From positions 19,081,015 to 19,125,249 of the forward strand of contig NC_069000.1 of the NCBI RefSeq assembly GCF_001194135.2: a stretch of DNA of 44,235 nt. Reading direction: 5' to 3'. Made by a program: the position numbers and the translations under genes. This DNA is from Octopus bimaculoides. Its lineage: Eukaryota. The notes under the pieces are model-generated. The model saw only the letters and a program-made list of their open reading frames with translations, was not told the DNA's origin and searched no databases. Positions 12,675 to 24,330 of the stretch are shown here, one piece after another (the stretch's first letter is position 1; each line of letters begins with the position of its first letter).

Positions 12675-12742
12675 TGTCTGATGATTTGCAAATTTGAAGT
12701 TCCTGGGTTTGTGTATGTGAGCCATTTTTCTCTCTTTCCCCC
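12675..12742 (-). CDS. Candidate exon (GGKREKWLTYTNPGTSNLQIIR)
   Basis: Acceptor gtatttag, donor ACA|gtaata, 68 nt, phase 0 to 2, compatible with 13465-13521 upstream and 10742-10812 downstream. Confidence 0.45.
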
Positions 12743-13049
12743 CTAAATACATTCAAATACATTAACATAGTTTGCTTAAATACACAATGTAACATTAGTA
12801 GCACAGTTTACATAATTTCAGATCCATGGCCTGTTATTCTTAACCTTGTTACAGAAAAAAAAAATCTACATTTTAAACAATATCTGATATCTTCCTTTGA
12901 GTCATTTTACCTTTTAAAAAGCAAAATAGCATGTACTTGAAAATTTTCTTAAGCAAAATCTATACAACTTTCAATTTCAAATAAAATGAAGAATCTATAT
13001 AGATTTCTTTTTCTATCACTATAGGCCTTAAAGGTAAGAAAAAGAGCAT

Positions 13050-13069
13050 ATATGCATATATATATATGC

Positions 13070-13103
<34 letters not shown>

Positions 13104-13122
13104 ATTTATATATATATATATT

Positions 13123-13155
<33 letters not shown>

Positions 13156-13170
13156 ATATTTATTTATATA
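13050..13170. repeat. Interrupted (TA)n microsatellite
   Basis: Direct reading. Confidence 0.95.
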
Positions 13171-13464
13171 GTAAATCTATAATTTAAATGAACAATAGCA
13201 GCACATTTAAATTATTTGGTGTTTACTTGTTAGGAATGAATTATTCAAATTGTAAAAGAATATGTAAAAATATATCTTGTTGAAAAAAATTGCATTTTCA
13301 GTCTAATGTTGTCTTCATTAGTGGAATAACTTGTAAGTCTAAGTACACTACAGTGAGTTAAAGTATATGCACATTATACTCTTACATATGTCCTACCTTT
13401 TGATAGCAAAAAGAAACTGAATACATAATTAATTTTGAATCAAAAAATTATTCAACATACTTAC

Positions 13465-13521
13465 ATTATTTCTTCCATGTAAAGTTAAACCAAAAGAAAA
13501 ATATTCTTTTATCAAGAAACC
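13465..13521 (-). CDS. Candidate exon (GFLIKEYFSFGLTLHGRNN)
   Basis: Long poly-T acceptor ending in ag, perfect donor gtaagt, 57 nt, only phase 0-0 is open. Confidence 0.65.
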
Positions 13522-14410
13522 CTAAAAAAAAAAAAAATTGAGACTTATTTTAAGCTGAATGATAAAAAATATCTAAAATGAAATATATATATTTTTCTTC
13601 ACATTATTTGTCACGCTACTAGGACAACACCAATGTGCAAAGAAATTTTGATTGAAATTACATCCATAGTGAGAAGGGAAAAAAAATTGTTTAATGATAA
13701 ATTCTGGTCAAGAAAAACAGCCAGGACAAACTTATAATTTATATTAATTAATATGAATTAAAAATAGCAAGCAGTGATTTTGATCATTGGTAGCATAACT
13801 CTGGACATGTTTCAGTCTTTTTAAACCTTATCTGTAACCATTACTTCCAGATCTTAGAATGATTTAGAGATGATATAAGCTTTTAATGAATAAACATTAA
13901 GTGGTGTGATAACTTAAAAGAATGTCAGGGAGAAAAATACCCTGGGATGCATGCTGCATACTGTTTGTAATGAGTCAAGAAATCTTAATTAATTAAAATT
14001 ATTTGTTTAGTCTTATGAAGAGTGAAGTGAATTATATGCCTTCATACTTTATAAATTGTTATAGCAAACTTAATGGAAGTTAAGCATGAAACCCTTTCAT
14101 GTGAAAAATGTAACAAAAACAGTCTTAATTTCATTGTGCAACAAGACTTACATTTAGTAATTGACAAAAAAATATTTTTAAGACTACCAGGTAAATGCCA
14201 ATTTACAGCTCATCAACAGTAAAACTGACACTAAATGTAAAACAAAAATGTTGGACTTATAAACTTTTTCCAACATATATTTGGATCATTACCTTTTTTT
14301 TTTTGAAGTAAAATTAAACAAATCTATCTGAAAAGAAGTTACATAGGTGGCAATTTACAAAACTGGGATGAAAATTAGGATAATGTCTTAAAACACGTAT
14401 CAGCAACTAC

Positions 14411-14433
14411 CTCTACAACTATTACATTCTCAA
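14411..14433 (-). CDS. Candidate microexon (V-ENVIVVE)
   Basis: Acceptor catgtttcaag, donor GAG|gtagtt, 23 nt, phase 1 to 0. Confidence 0.25.
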
Positions 14434-14806
14434 CTTGAAACATGTAAATATGTACTAGTTATTAAAATGATTGTAATAATGATCACTTATATGATTATTG
14501 TATAAAAGGTGCTCTAATTAAACAGATCCACAGCATAAGAATTGGACTTAAAATAGCATATTTATTCATACTTGGTAGTTTAATTTAGCACTATTTCTCA
14601 TGAGTAGTTAAATTAATTAGATTAACTTTAGTTATACTGATTAACTAACACTATCTAAATTTTACTCCTGATGATGTGTGTATGCAGATGTATGTAATGA
14701 AGATTACTAAATAACTATTCAGTTCATACGAGAAACCTTGTTTTTGTTTTTTACAAAAATTAATTTTTACAGACTAAACTTTCCAAAAGTACAGTTTAGA
14801 GTCAAC

Positions 14807-14839
14807 CATTAGAAAAAACATTTGGTAGGTAAATAGTAC
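14807..14839 (-). CDS. Candidate short exon (G-TIYLPNVFSN)
   Basis: Strong acceptor aatttttttcag, weak donor gttgac, 33 nt, phase 1-1. Confidence 0.25.
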
Positions 14840-15124
14840 CTGAAAAAAATTAGAAAATTGGCTTAAAAGTATTTATTATTTTACATAAATACACACATAA
14901 TGCATATACACTTGCATATATTTTTTTTTCATCGCATCATGATAATTTTAACAGAAGAAGATTAACTTCTGCTCTATTAAAAATAATGGTAAAGAAATTA
15001 TTGGGTAATGTAAGACGACACTGAAGGATGTTTACATTGTTTCATTATACTAACATAAGGTTAAATGTCTGAGATTGTTTTGATAAAGAAAATAAAAAAT
15101 GAAAAATGAAATAAACAACTATCA

Positions 15125-16625
15125 AGCAGCTGAGAATTTTAATGGACATGTTGGACAACACCATGAAGGATTCTTTGGTGTACGTGGAGGCTTTGGTTAT
15201 GGCATAAAGCATGATGAGAGTTCAAGGCTGTGAAAGTTCTATGACACAAATGACCTAACCATTTGTAACACTAAGTTCAGAAAACCACTCAGCTACCAAC
15301 CAATTATGCAAACAGACATGAGCAAAAGACTTCATATTCACCAGTAAACAGGATAGACATATGGTTATAAAAACTATGTCTTTCTCTAATGAAGATAGTA
15401 ACACTCCATATAGACTAGTGATTAGTAACTTCAGAGTGAAAGCTACATGGATACAGGCACAGAAGACAATCTGAAGAAAGGAAATATGGAAGTTGAAAGA
15501 CCCATCGATCAACCAGAGGTTCAGAAAAAGTAGGGAAGAGATACTTACAATATAAAAGTCAATAGGCGTTCCTATGAGACAACTAACTGAGTTTGATAGA
15601 GCAGATCTGTGACTGGTGCAAGGTTCCAGCCAGACAAAAGGTGAGATTATTTTAGAATAGAGCCATAAAAGCTATGCAACTGGCCTGAAAAGACAGGGAA
15701 AAAGGGGGCAGCAAAAAACACTATTTAAGCAGGGAGAAGACAAGCTAGATGTCAGATAGCAAGAGGAGAAACCTAAAGTTGCACTTGTAACGTAAGGTTC
15801 AGAGGCTTGAAGTATTCTAGATAGCAAGGCAACGTACTAGAGTAAACACAAGGCACCGTTTGAAAGCAATGAATATGGAATAATAACAGTAAACCTGATC
15901 TTACTGATATAGAAAAGAAAGAGGCACAGAAGTGTAATTATGAAAGTTTTTTGAATGAAGAGAATGTAATGGGAGAGAAAGGGTCTACATTAAGTAGACC
16001 CAACAGAGAAACCAACCAATGAAGTTGATAGCAGTATGGTAACAAATGCAATTAAGGATATGAGGGCAGGGAAAGGAAATGTTCTATCACAGAGAGGCTA
16101 AGAGAATTTAAGAAATTAGGGCATGTACTAGTCATTTGCATAGTCAATCAGGTTGTACTGGAAGGTGTCATATCCAGTAACTGGTGTATCAATATCAACT
16201 GCTACCAGAGCAAAAAAGGAGAAAAAAAAAGCACTAGAGAAATGTAATTACATAGGAATCAATTTAGTGGATCAGTTAATGAAAGTTATAACAATTCTTT
16301 GAGAAAGAAAAATAGTCTAGATGAAATGCAGTTTGGTTTTGTACCAGGATGAGGTTCTACCAATAACATTTTAGAGAAACAACTGCAAGAGAAATATTTA
16401 GCCTGGAGCATACACCTGTGCCTAGATTTTATAAACCTGGAAAAGTTCTTTGACAGGATTCCATGTTCTGTAACTTGGTGGCCACTAAGGAAACTAGGAG
16501 TAGATAAACAGCTTGTGATAGCCAGACAAGCTATGTAAAGAAATGAAGTCGGCAAGAGATGAAGTCAACAATGAGTTTAGGAATGAATTTAGCATGAAGC
16601 CAAGGGACTCAGTTCTATTGCTGGT
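15125..16625 (+). mobile_element. Degenerate RTE LINE (APE endonuclease to RT)
   Basis: tttaatggacatgttgga (FNGHVG), ggctttggttatgg, gatgaaatgcagtttggttttgtaccagg (DEMQFGFVPG), gacctggaaaag-like motif; co-linear with 22180-24330; many stops. Confidence 0.85.
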
Positions 16626-16841
16626 TCTCTCTTCAATTAAATTTTTCTCTCAGTTTATTTCTACTTTGCTGTTAGAGCACAATAAGATTATAGAGGAGCA
16701 AGCTCAACTAATTTTTTTTTCAGCCAACATATATCTTCTGTATTCAATGCCCATATTTTCTTTTACCGTGTAATATTGAGCTTCATGCAATATGCCTTTC
16801 ACTTGAATAGAGAATCCCTTTGTTGCCATCAGAGGTAATAC

Positions 16842-16904
16842 CACTCAGGGCTTTTCCACTCATAGTTACTTTGGCTATTAAGCTTTCGGAACACCTTAGA
16901 TCAT
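16842..16904 (-). CDS. Candidate exon (D-DLRCSESLIAKVTMSGKALS-G)
   Basis: Acceptor tatttttacttag, only phase 1 is open; donor uncertain (gtatta chosen; gtaact or gtgaaa also possible). Confidence 0.3.
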
Positions 16905-16984
16905 CTAAGTAAAAATAGCTGTCAATTATTTCTAGAGTCTTGAAGCATTTGAGAGAATTCATTTCACACAAACAAACACACATT

Positions 16985-17280
16985 CTTTTTTTATTCTTTT
17001 ACTTGTTTCAATCATTGGACTGCAGCCATGCTGGGGCACTGCCTTGAAAGGGCTTCAGTCAATTAAATCAATCCCCTTATTTTTTAAGCCTGATACTTTT
17101 TCTAGCAGTCTCTTTTGTCGAACTGCTAAATTATAAACAAATTAACAACAGTTGTCAAGTGGTGATGGTGGCGGGACAAACACACACACCAAGTTTTTAC
17201 ATTGTTTTTGTCTACCAAATTCACTCACAAGGCATTAGTCAACACAGGACTACAGCAGAAGACACTTGCTCATATATACA
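16985..17280 (-). mobile_element. Family A SINE, reverse orientation, internally deleted
   Basis: attcttttacttgtttcaatcattggactgcagccatgctgg...gtctaccaaattcactcacaagg matches the reverse complement of 1633-2066. Confidence 0.8.
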
Positions 17281-18080
17281 AGCAAACATGACATTCTGGG
17301 CATTTTGGGACAAAATTCAGTGTACTATAAATAGAAGACAACCTAATGCATGCACCAAGTTTTAACTTTCTCATTTCTCTTTCCACATATGCATGGCAGC
17401 AACATTGACTGATTGATTCCAGTCTGATAAAGAAAATGAAAAGACACACTATGTTCATGGCTCTCACTGCCAATAAATAGTGATTTGGAAATTGCCAGTT
17501 CCTTGAACATGACTGGCTCATTTTCAGAGTCAGCAAAGAGTAGCAGGCCTCTGGGCAAGAATATATCATCCAGAGTCAAAAGATAGGGACCTTTCTCATC
17601 AATCAGACATCATCAAAACAGCTGACTTTGAAGTTTCAGAGTCTCAATAACAACTCTAGCAGCATGATGAAGACCACTGCATAGCAAGGTAGCAAAGTTC
17701 ACTAGTAGACATGTAGTGCATGAAGACATCAGGTACAAGTCCTATGTAATGAAGGAAGGACAGATCATTCCTTGTAAAATCTAGAATTGTATGTGATTTT
17801 TACATGCATCCTGCTTTTACAGATGATATGCAAGAAGAAGAATGGATGTCAACTTTTAACGTTCAAGGCCAGTTTACTCTTGTTACTATTGGGATGGTTC
17901 TCTTTTGCCCTTAACAAAGATAAGCAGCAACCATGAAAGGCTGAGTACCATGGGCTATATATATTTGCAGCAACTATGCANNNNNNNNNNNNNNNNNNNN
18001 NNNNNNNNNNNNNNNNNNNNNNNNNNNNNNNNNNNNNNNNNNNNNNNNNNNNNNNNNNNNNNNNNNNNNNNNNNNNNNNN

Positions 18081-18115
<35 letters not shown>

Positions 18116-18948
18116 AGGGAGAAAGAGAAAGAGAGAGAGAATGAGTGAAGGGGTTGTGTTATCATGTATACTTACATACATCAATACATATGCATACATC
18201 TTTTTTGTATGTCCATGTGCATGTGTGTGCGTGAGAGAGAGAGTGAGTAAATGTGTGTGTTCTCATCTATGTGTAAGTTGCACTCACTCACTCTCTCTCT
18301 CTCTCTCTTTCACACACACACACGCACACATTCACTTCATATACACATTCATACATTTTTTGCTTTCTCCTCTCTTTCACTTCAAAACAAAAGCAAATAA
18401 ATAAAAAAAATTTTACGGAAATTAACAAACAAAACAACTGATCCGGATGACAGTCCATTGACAACTTAGAGAGTTATAATGAAACATAGCCGCTGCTTAT
18501 TATGTATCTACCAAATAAACTACGTTTTTCACTCAACAACTCTTTTTTACAACTAAAATAACCTCAGCAACTATGTGGGTCACACAATTTTGAGGTCATT
18601 TTTGGACAATAATTCAATTTGCTTCTAATGTTTCACTATCGTCTGATGTTTCATGCATGCATAGAATTCTACTCGGACAAACATTTATGAAAATGTACAC
18701 ATAAAATATTGTATTAAAATAAGCCTCAACCAAAAAAAAAAACTACATTAAAAGACATCCATTACTCAATATGTTATGAGGAAATACAATCACTCTCTCT
18801 CTCGCACAAAAGAGATGTATGCATATGTATTTATGGACGAAGGTAAAGAATACACACGCCTGGTGTTTAGGGTTAGGTTTATGCCAAAAACGGGTGGTGT
18901 ACATATTCTTTACCACCACCTATTTATGTATGTGTATATGAAAGATAA

Positions 18949-18959
<11 letters not shown>

Positions 18960-19034
<75 letters not shown>
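18960..19034. repeat. (AG)n microsatellite
   Basis: Direct reading. Confidence 0.95.
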
Positions 19035-19037
<3 letters not shown>

Positions 19038-19493
19038 ATAAGTGAAACACATACATGCAAAATTTATAAATCACAACACACACCTTCACTTTCTCTCACA
19101 CACACATCCGTCTTTCACTTTCTCTTCTCACTTCAAAACAAATGTCGCTTTTTCACCTTATCCTCTCTTTCAAAGCATAAAGAAATTAAAAGAATTTTAC
19201 GGAAATTAACGAACAATTATATGATCCCATATATGTCAAGTTGACAATTTGCTTCTTCAAATGGAAGAATGCCATAAAATAACTTCCTCACACACACACA
19301 CACACACATGCACTCTAGGTAAAACTTCTGTGTGAATTATGTTATTTCTTGCAGTGTACATGAGCAAATTTGAAGCTCAAATCCAATTGAAATGATGTTT
19401 TTCTATTGTGTAGTTTGTGTTTGTGATGAGCGTATTTAAAAACCTGATCTTCGATATACACTTGATAGTTTTGCCAGAAATCCTGTCCTTTAC

Positions 19494-19509
19494 CTCTTCT
19501 TTCTAGCAT
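19494..19509 (-). CDS. Candidate first coding exon of minus-strand gene (MLERR)
   Basis: ATG CTA GAA AGA AGA G|gtaaag in a CpG-containing region; phase 1 matches 16842-16904. Confidence 0.3.
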
Positions 19510-19687
19510 GTCCGAGGTGACATTTCTGCTCCCTCGCCTTATTTTTTCCTAAATTTCTTCCAATTCCTATGCTTGCGATACGGGAGATTAGGATTTCACC
19601 CACAAAACATGTTCTCAATATTTTAATTTTCTCCCTCTCCACACCAAATTCATTTTTTACTTTTTCAAATATTTTTTTTGGTAATCC

Positions 19688-19705
19688 ATGGAGAAAAAAC
19701 AGAAA
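19688..19705 (+). CDS. Candidate first coding exon of a divergent plus-strand gene (MEKKQK)
   Basis: aatccATGG context followed by AAA|gtatgt donor; downstream exons not established. Confidence 0.25.
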
Positions 19706-20316
19706 GTATGTATCTTTAAGAATTTTATCCATCACCTCACCACTTTCAAAAAGCTACACACTTCCAATGTTTCACTTTTAGCTTTTTGGAAAGTGGGGAA
19801 GTTACTTCAGAAATAATGTCATTTGCCTGTTGTTTGTAGCATGTCAGGTTTTCTGGTGGTGGTCTGGTATTTTTTAAGTTTGCTATTTTAGTAGAATTCT
19901 ANNNNNNNNNNNNNNNNNNNNNNNNNNNNNNNNNNNNNNNNNNNNNNNNNNNNNNNNNNNNNNNNNNNNNNNNNNNNNNNNNNNNNNNNNNNNNNNNNNN
20001 NNNNNNNNNNNNNNNNNNNNNNNNNNNNNNNNNNNNNNNNNNNNNNNNNNNNNNNNNNNNNNNNNNNNNNNNNNNNNNNNNNNNNNNNNNNNNNNNNNNN
20101 NNNNNNNNNNNNNNNNNNNNNNNNNNNNNNNNNNNNNNNNNNNNNNNNNNNNNNNNNNNNNNNNNNNNNNNNNNNNNNNNNNNNNNNNNNNNNNNNNNNN
20201 NNNNNNNNNNNNNNNNNNNNNNNNNNNNNNNNNNNNNNNNNNNNNNNNNNNNNNNNNNNNNNNNNNNNNNNNNNNNNNNNNNNNNNNNNNNNNNNNNNNN
20301 NNNNNNNNNNNNNNNT

Positions 20317-20568
20317 GGACAAAATTGTATTAACCCCCTTTTACACGATGAAACAATACATAGTTTGTGATCCTTCTTAAGAACAGAAAGCACTTTCATG
20401 CAAACCCATGCAAACTGTACCCTCCCCCTTCACTTTTAAACAAACAATAACTTCCATTATGCCATTAACTATATATCAGCTGTGCCAATTCTGCCCATAA
20501 GAAAGAAGCAAATAATACAATGTGCGTGTAGGGCATAACACCCGGGCAACGCTGGGATGCATTGCTAG
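20317..20568 (+). mobile_element. Helitron 3' terminus
   Basis: Subterminal hairpin cccgggcaacgctggg (20541-20556), then CTAG at 20565-20568 followed by T; 5' part lost in the gap. Confidence 0.8.
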
Positions 20569-20574
20569 TGTGTG

Positions 20575-20651
<77 letters not shown>

Positions 20652-21064
20652 GTACACAAATATGTACATATTCACACACAGATATACAATACACACACAC
20701 ATGTATACTACATGTATTTGTATATAATATGCATTTATATATAATGTGCATCACTATTTATGGACAATGAAATGTCAGAAAAAATATATCTCCTGTATAA
20801 TACACACTGGTATATATTTAAAGTAATCTTTCAGGAAGGATAGATAATTAAAGAGAAACCAGCAAACTTTAGAAAACCTGAAAAAATAACTTGGCTTTCT
20901 GAATTACCAGAATAAATATATAAATATTTCAAAATAGGTATATCATAATGCTAGCTAACTTTTTTGTTTTAATGTCAATACTGGTTTTGATTTTCTAAAA
21001 TTTGAACACTGAAGATTCTGTGTTAGACATCATTACATCTTGTAATATAGAGTTAGCCTTACAG

Positions 21065-21285
21065 CTAACTATATATTACAAGAGCTGGTAGAATTGCTAG
21101 CATGCTAAGTGAAATGCTAAGCAGTCTTTACATTCAGAGTTCAAATTCTGCCAAGGTTGACTGGCTTTCACCTTTTTGGGGGTCAATAAAATAAGTACCA
21201 GTCATGTACTGAGATCAATGTAATCAACTTAACCCCTCCTCTGAAATTGCTAGGCTCATGCCAAAGTTTAAAATCAATATAGAGT
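21065..21285 (+). mobile_element. Degenerate family B SINE
   Basis: gagctggtagaattg...cagagttcaaattctgccaagg...aaataagtaccag. Confidence 0.8.
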
Positions 21286-22179
21286 TAGCTGTTTTCAATC
21301 TTGTTTGATTCTTATCATAAGACAGACATTCACTCTATTCATGAATTTCCCTTCCAAAACATTTGAATAACTAATTGTATTTTTGCTTACTTTTTGTAAT
21401 GAGTTACTTTTTCTATAGAATAATAAAATATCTTACTTGCAACAATGCTAGCTTAAGTTACCAAGACATGTTTTAGATTTGTATTGAGAAACAACAACCA
21501 TAATCTACAAAACTCTATTTCAAGTAATATACTTATTAGTTTCAGTTATGTGAACAGAAGAACAAATGTTTAAGTAGGGATTTTTTAAAAACCCTTTTAA
21601 TCTCTGTATTTTGTATTTTAACATTCTTTGGATTACATTTTAAACATTTGATGTCTAGAAACATTTATTTTATTTTTAATTTAAAAGAAAAACATTTGTA
21701 AATTATGCAATCTATATCATTCCATATAATATTGTACATATAATAAACAATTTTAATATATTAAATGATAGATATTGTAGAGATATTGCAGATGACAATA
21801 GAACAGTCTATGAAGTGTTATATGAGTGCACAGGTATATGGGTAGATATATGTATATGTCTCCTGTGGGTTCACACACATGTATTTGCATGTATATGTGA
21901 CTGCCTATTATATAAGTATGTTCATGTCTGTGCCTTATATGTAAATGTGTGTATATATGTACATATGTTTACACTATGATGATGATGATGGTAATAAATA
22001 TTTATTGTCAGAGTGTGCTTCGCTCCTTCTGCATTGCTGAAAATTACTTGGTGGTTTTGTAATAATAACAAAAATTTCTCCCTTCCCCCCTCTGCACTAG
22101 CAGTTGTGTACTCATGAAGGTTTTACAAGACTGAAGGAAATTGTAATTGTAATCCATGCAGCAACCAATACCTGCTTTC

Positions 22180-24330
22180 AATATGTACAAGGACTCGCTG
22201 CCACCAGGCAAATGACTGCAAAAGTCTTTCCAGATGTTGAAAACATTACCCCCAACAACCCTCTCAGGCTTCACAGGTCAACAAGCTTAAAGCTTTCACA
22301 ATCAAGGTTGGCACAATGAAAGGTAGGTCTGGTGATATTGTTGAAATGCTCAAGCAAAGGCATGTAGATGTGTGCTGTGTGCAAGAGGTACAATGAAGTG
22401 GAGCCTCAGTTAGACTGCTTGTGGGCAAGGAGCATAGAGATAAATTTTTTTTGGTGGGCAACAGCAACAGGTTAAGCAGTGTAGGTATTCTTTCAGCAGA
22501 AAAATAGTTGGATAAGTGACTAAGGCAGTCAGGCTGTACAAGAGGATTATTAAGCCCAAAATAGTCTTCTTTAATGTAACAGTGTCATTTATCTCTGTAT
22601 ATGCTTCACATGTTGGACTGGCAGATGTTCAAGACTGTTACTATGAATTCCTTCTGCAGACGATCTCATCATGACTGGGGACTTCAATGATCATGTTGGA
22701 AAGCATTCCAATGGATTTCATAGCATGCATGGAGCTTACGGCTTTGGTTCTAGAAATGAGGAGGGAACAAGGATTCTAGAGTTTTATGATAGAAATGATT
22801 TACTGGTTTGCAATACTGACATCAAGAGACCTGCCAGCCATTTGATTACTTACCAATCTGATGGACACATTATCCAGATGGACTACAATCTCACCAGAAA
22901 CAGGGACAGGTAAATGTTCATGAATGCAAAATCCTTCCCAGGTCAGTGGTCAGTGACTTCAGACTTAGAGCTAGAAGGACCCATAGACACAAACCGACAT
23001 GGAAGGGGAAGTTATGGAAGCTGAAAGATCCTTCAAATAGGCAAAGGTTTAGAGAGGTTTTTAATGAAGCATTTGATGAGGAGGAAGAAGAAACGGAGAC
23101 ATATAACATGGAGGACAACTGGAAGTTCTTACAGGATTATCTACTGAGGGAAACAGACCAAATATGTGGCTGGAGCAAAGCTTCTGCCAGACCAAGGGTG
23201 ACATGGTGGTACAACAGTGAGGTCAATGGGGCCATAAAAAGGAAGAGATGGGTTTGGAAAGAGAGGAAAAGTGGAGTAGCAAAAAATCATATCAGGTGCC
23301 TAAAAAGGAAGCTAGGTGTCAGGTTTATCTAGCTGGCGTAGAAGCTCAGAAAGGAAGAGGCTTGCCAGTGTCTTATAGTGTGAGAATCACAGACTTGAGA
23401 TGTTCTGGATTACTAGACAGCGTGTCAGAGAAAATCAAGATGTTGAGGGAGAGATGTGTGTATGGATGGATAACGGTATGCTTGCACTTAGTGATTCTCA
23501 AAAGAAAGAGGCATAGAAGGCTATTAAATGTGAAGAATGAATGGGAGAAAGGAAGTCTCCCCTATGTGAACCCAACAGAGGGACCAGCTATCCTAGCTGA
23601 TAGCAGTATGACAGATAAGGCAATTAAAGATATGAAGATAGGGAAATCCCCTGGTCCCCCAGGAGTCACTGCTGAGATGGTTAAAATATCTGGTAGAGTA
23701 GGATACAGTCTAGTCACTCACATAGTCTAGTCAGCTGCTACAAGGGTAAGGCAGATGCATTAGATAGAGGCATCAAATTGCTGTGTCAGGTGAAGGTTAC
23801 ATAGAGCATTATAGCCCATTTAATTAAGAACAGAATAAGGCTAGATGAAATGCTGTTTGCCTTTGTGCTAAGGAGAATCACTACTGATATTATTTTCTTA
23901 GTCAAAGTATTTAGCTAAGAATAAGCCATTGTACTTGGCATTTGTTGATCTGGAGAAAACCTTTGACAGAGTACTCCACTCTGTGATATGGTGGTCTCTG
24001 ATGAAACTAGGGATAGGCAAATTTAGTATACAGTCCCCCAGTCCCATCCTATTCACCATTGTCTTCCAGGCTATAGCAGAAGAATTTATGACTGGCTACC
24101 CATAGGAACTACTATATGCTGAAGATCTTGTTCACATAGCAGAATCTGTAACAGAATTAGAAAAGCTAAACCTGGAATTGAAGGGCTTTCAAGTTAACTT
24201 AAAAACCAATGTCCTAGTAAGCAAGAAAACAAGCAGAACCCTATCCCCTTCAGCTCAATATGAAGGAAAGATGTAAGCAGGAATTCCATTCAGTGTACCT
24301 AGTGCAAGCTATGGACAAACAAAAGGTGCC
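22180..24330 (+). mobile_element. Long degenerate RTE LINE (APE, RT, start of PHD finger)
   Basis: VGTMKGRSGDIVEML...VDVCCVQEV, MTGDFNDHVG, FVDLEKTFDRV, ELLYAEDLV and a decayed finger (NSIQCT*CKLWTNKRC); internal deletion in RT. Confidence 0.9.

Larger units (their letters stand above)
18400..19710. promoter_or_regulatory. Possible bidirectional promoter region
   Basis: Visibly more CpG dinucleotides than flanking non-repeat DNA (not counted), (AG)n/(CT)n tracts, and two divergent ATG-plus-donor candidates. Confidence 0.3.

Noticed and set aside
13024-13032. 9-nt plus-strand microexon candidate GCCTTAAAG with good splice signals
   Set aside because: No supported plus-strand partner exons; easily arises by chance
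14665-14712. CTGATGA...GAAA in TG-rich DNA
   Set aside because: No convincing stems II, III or I
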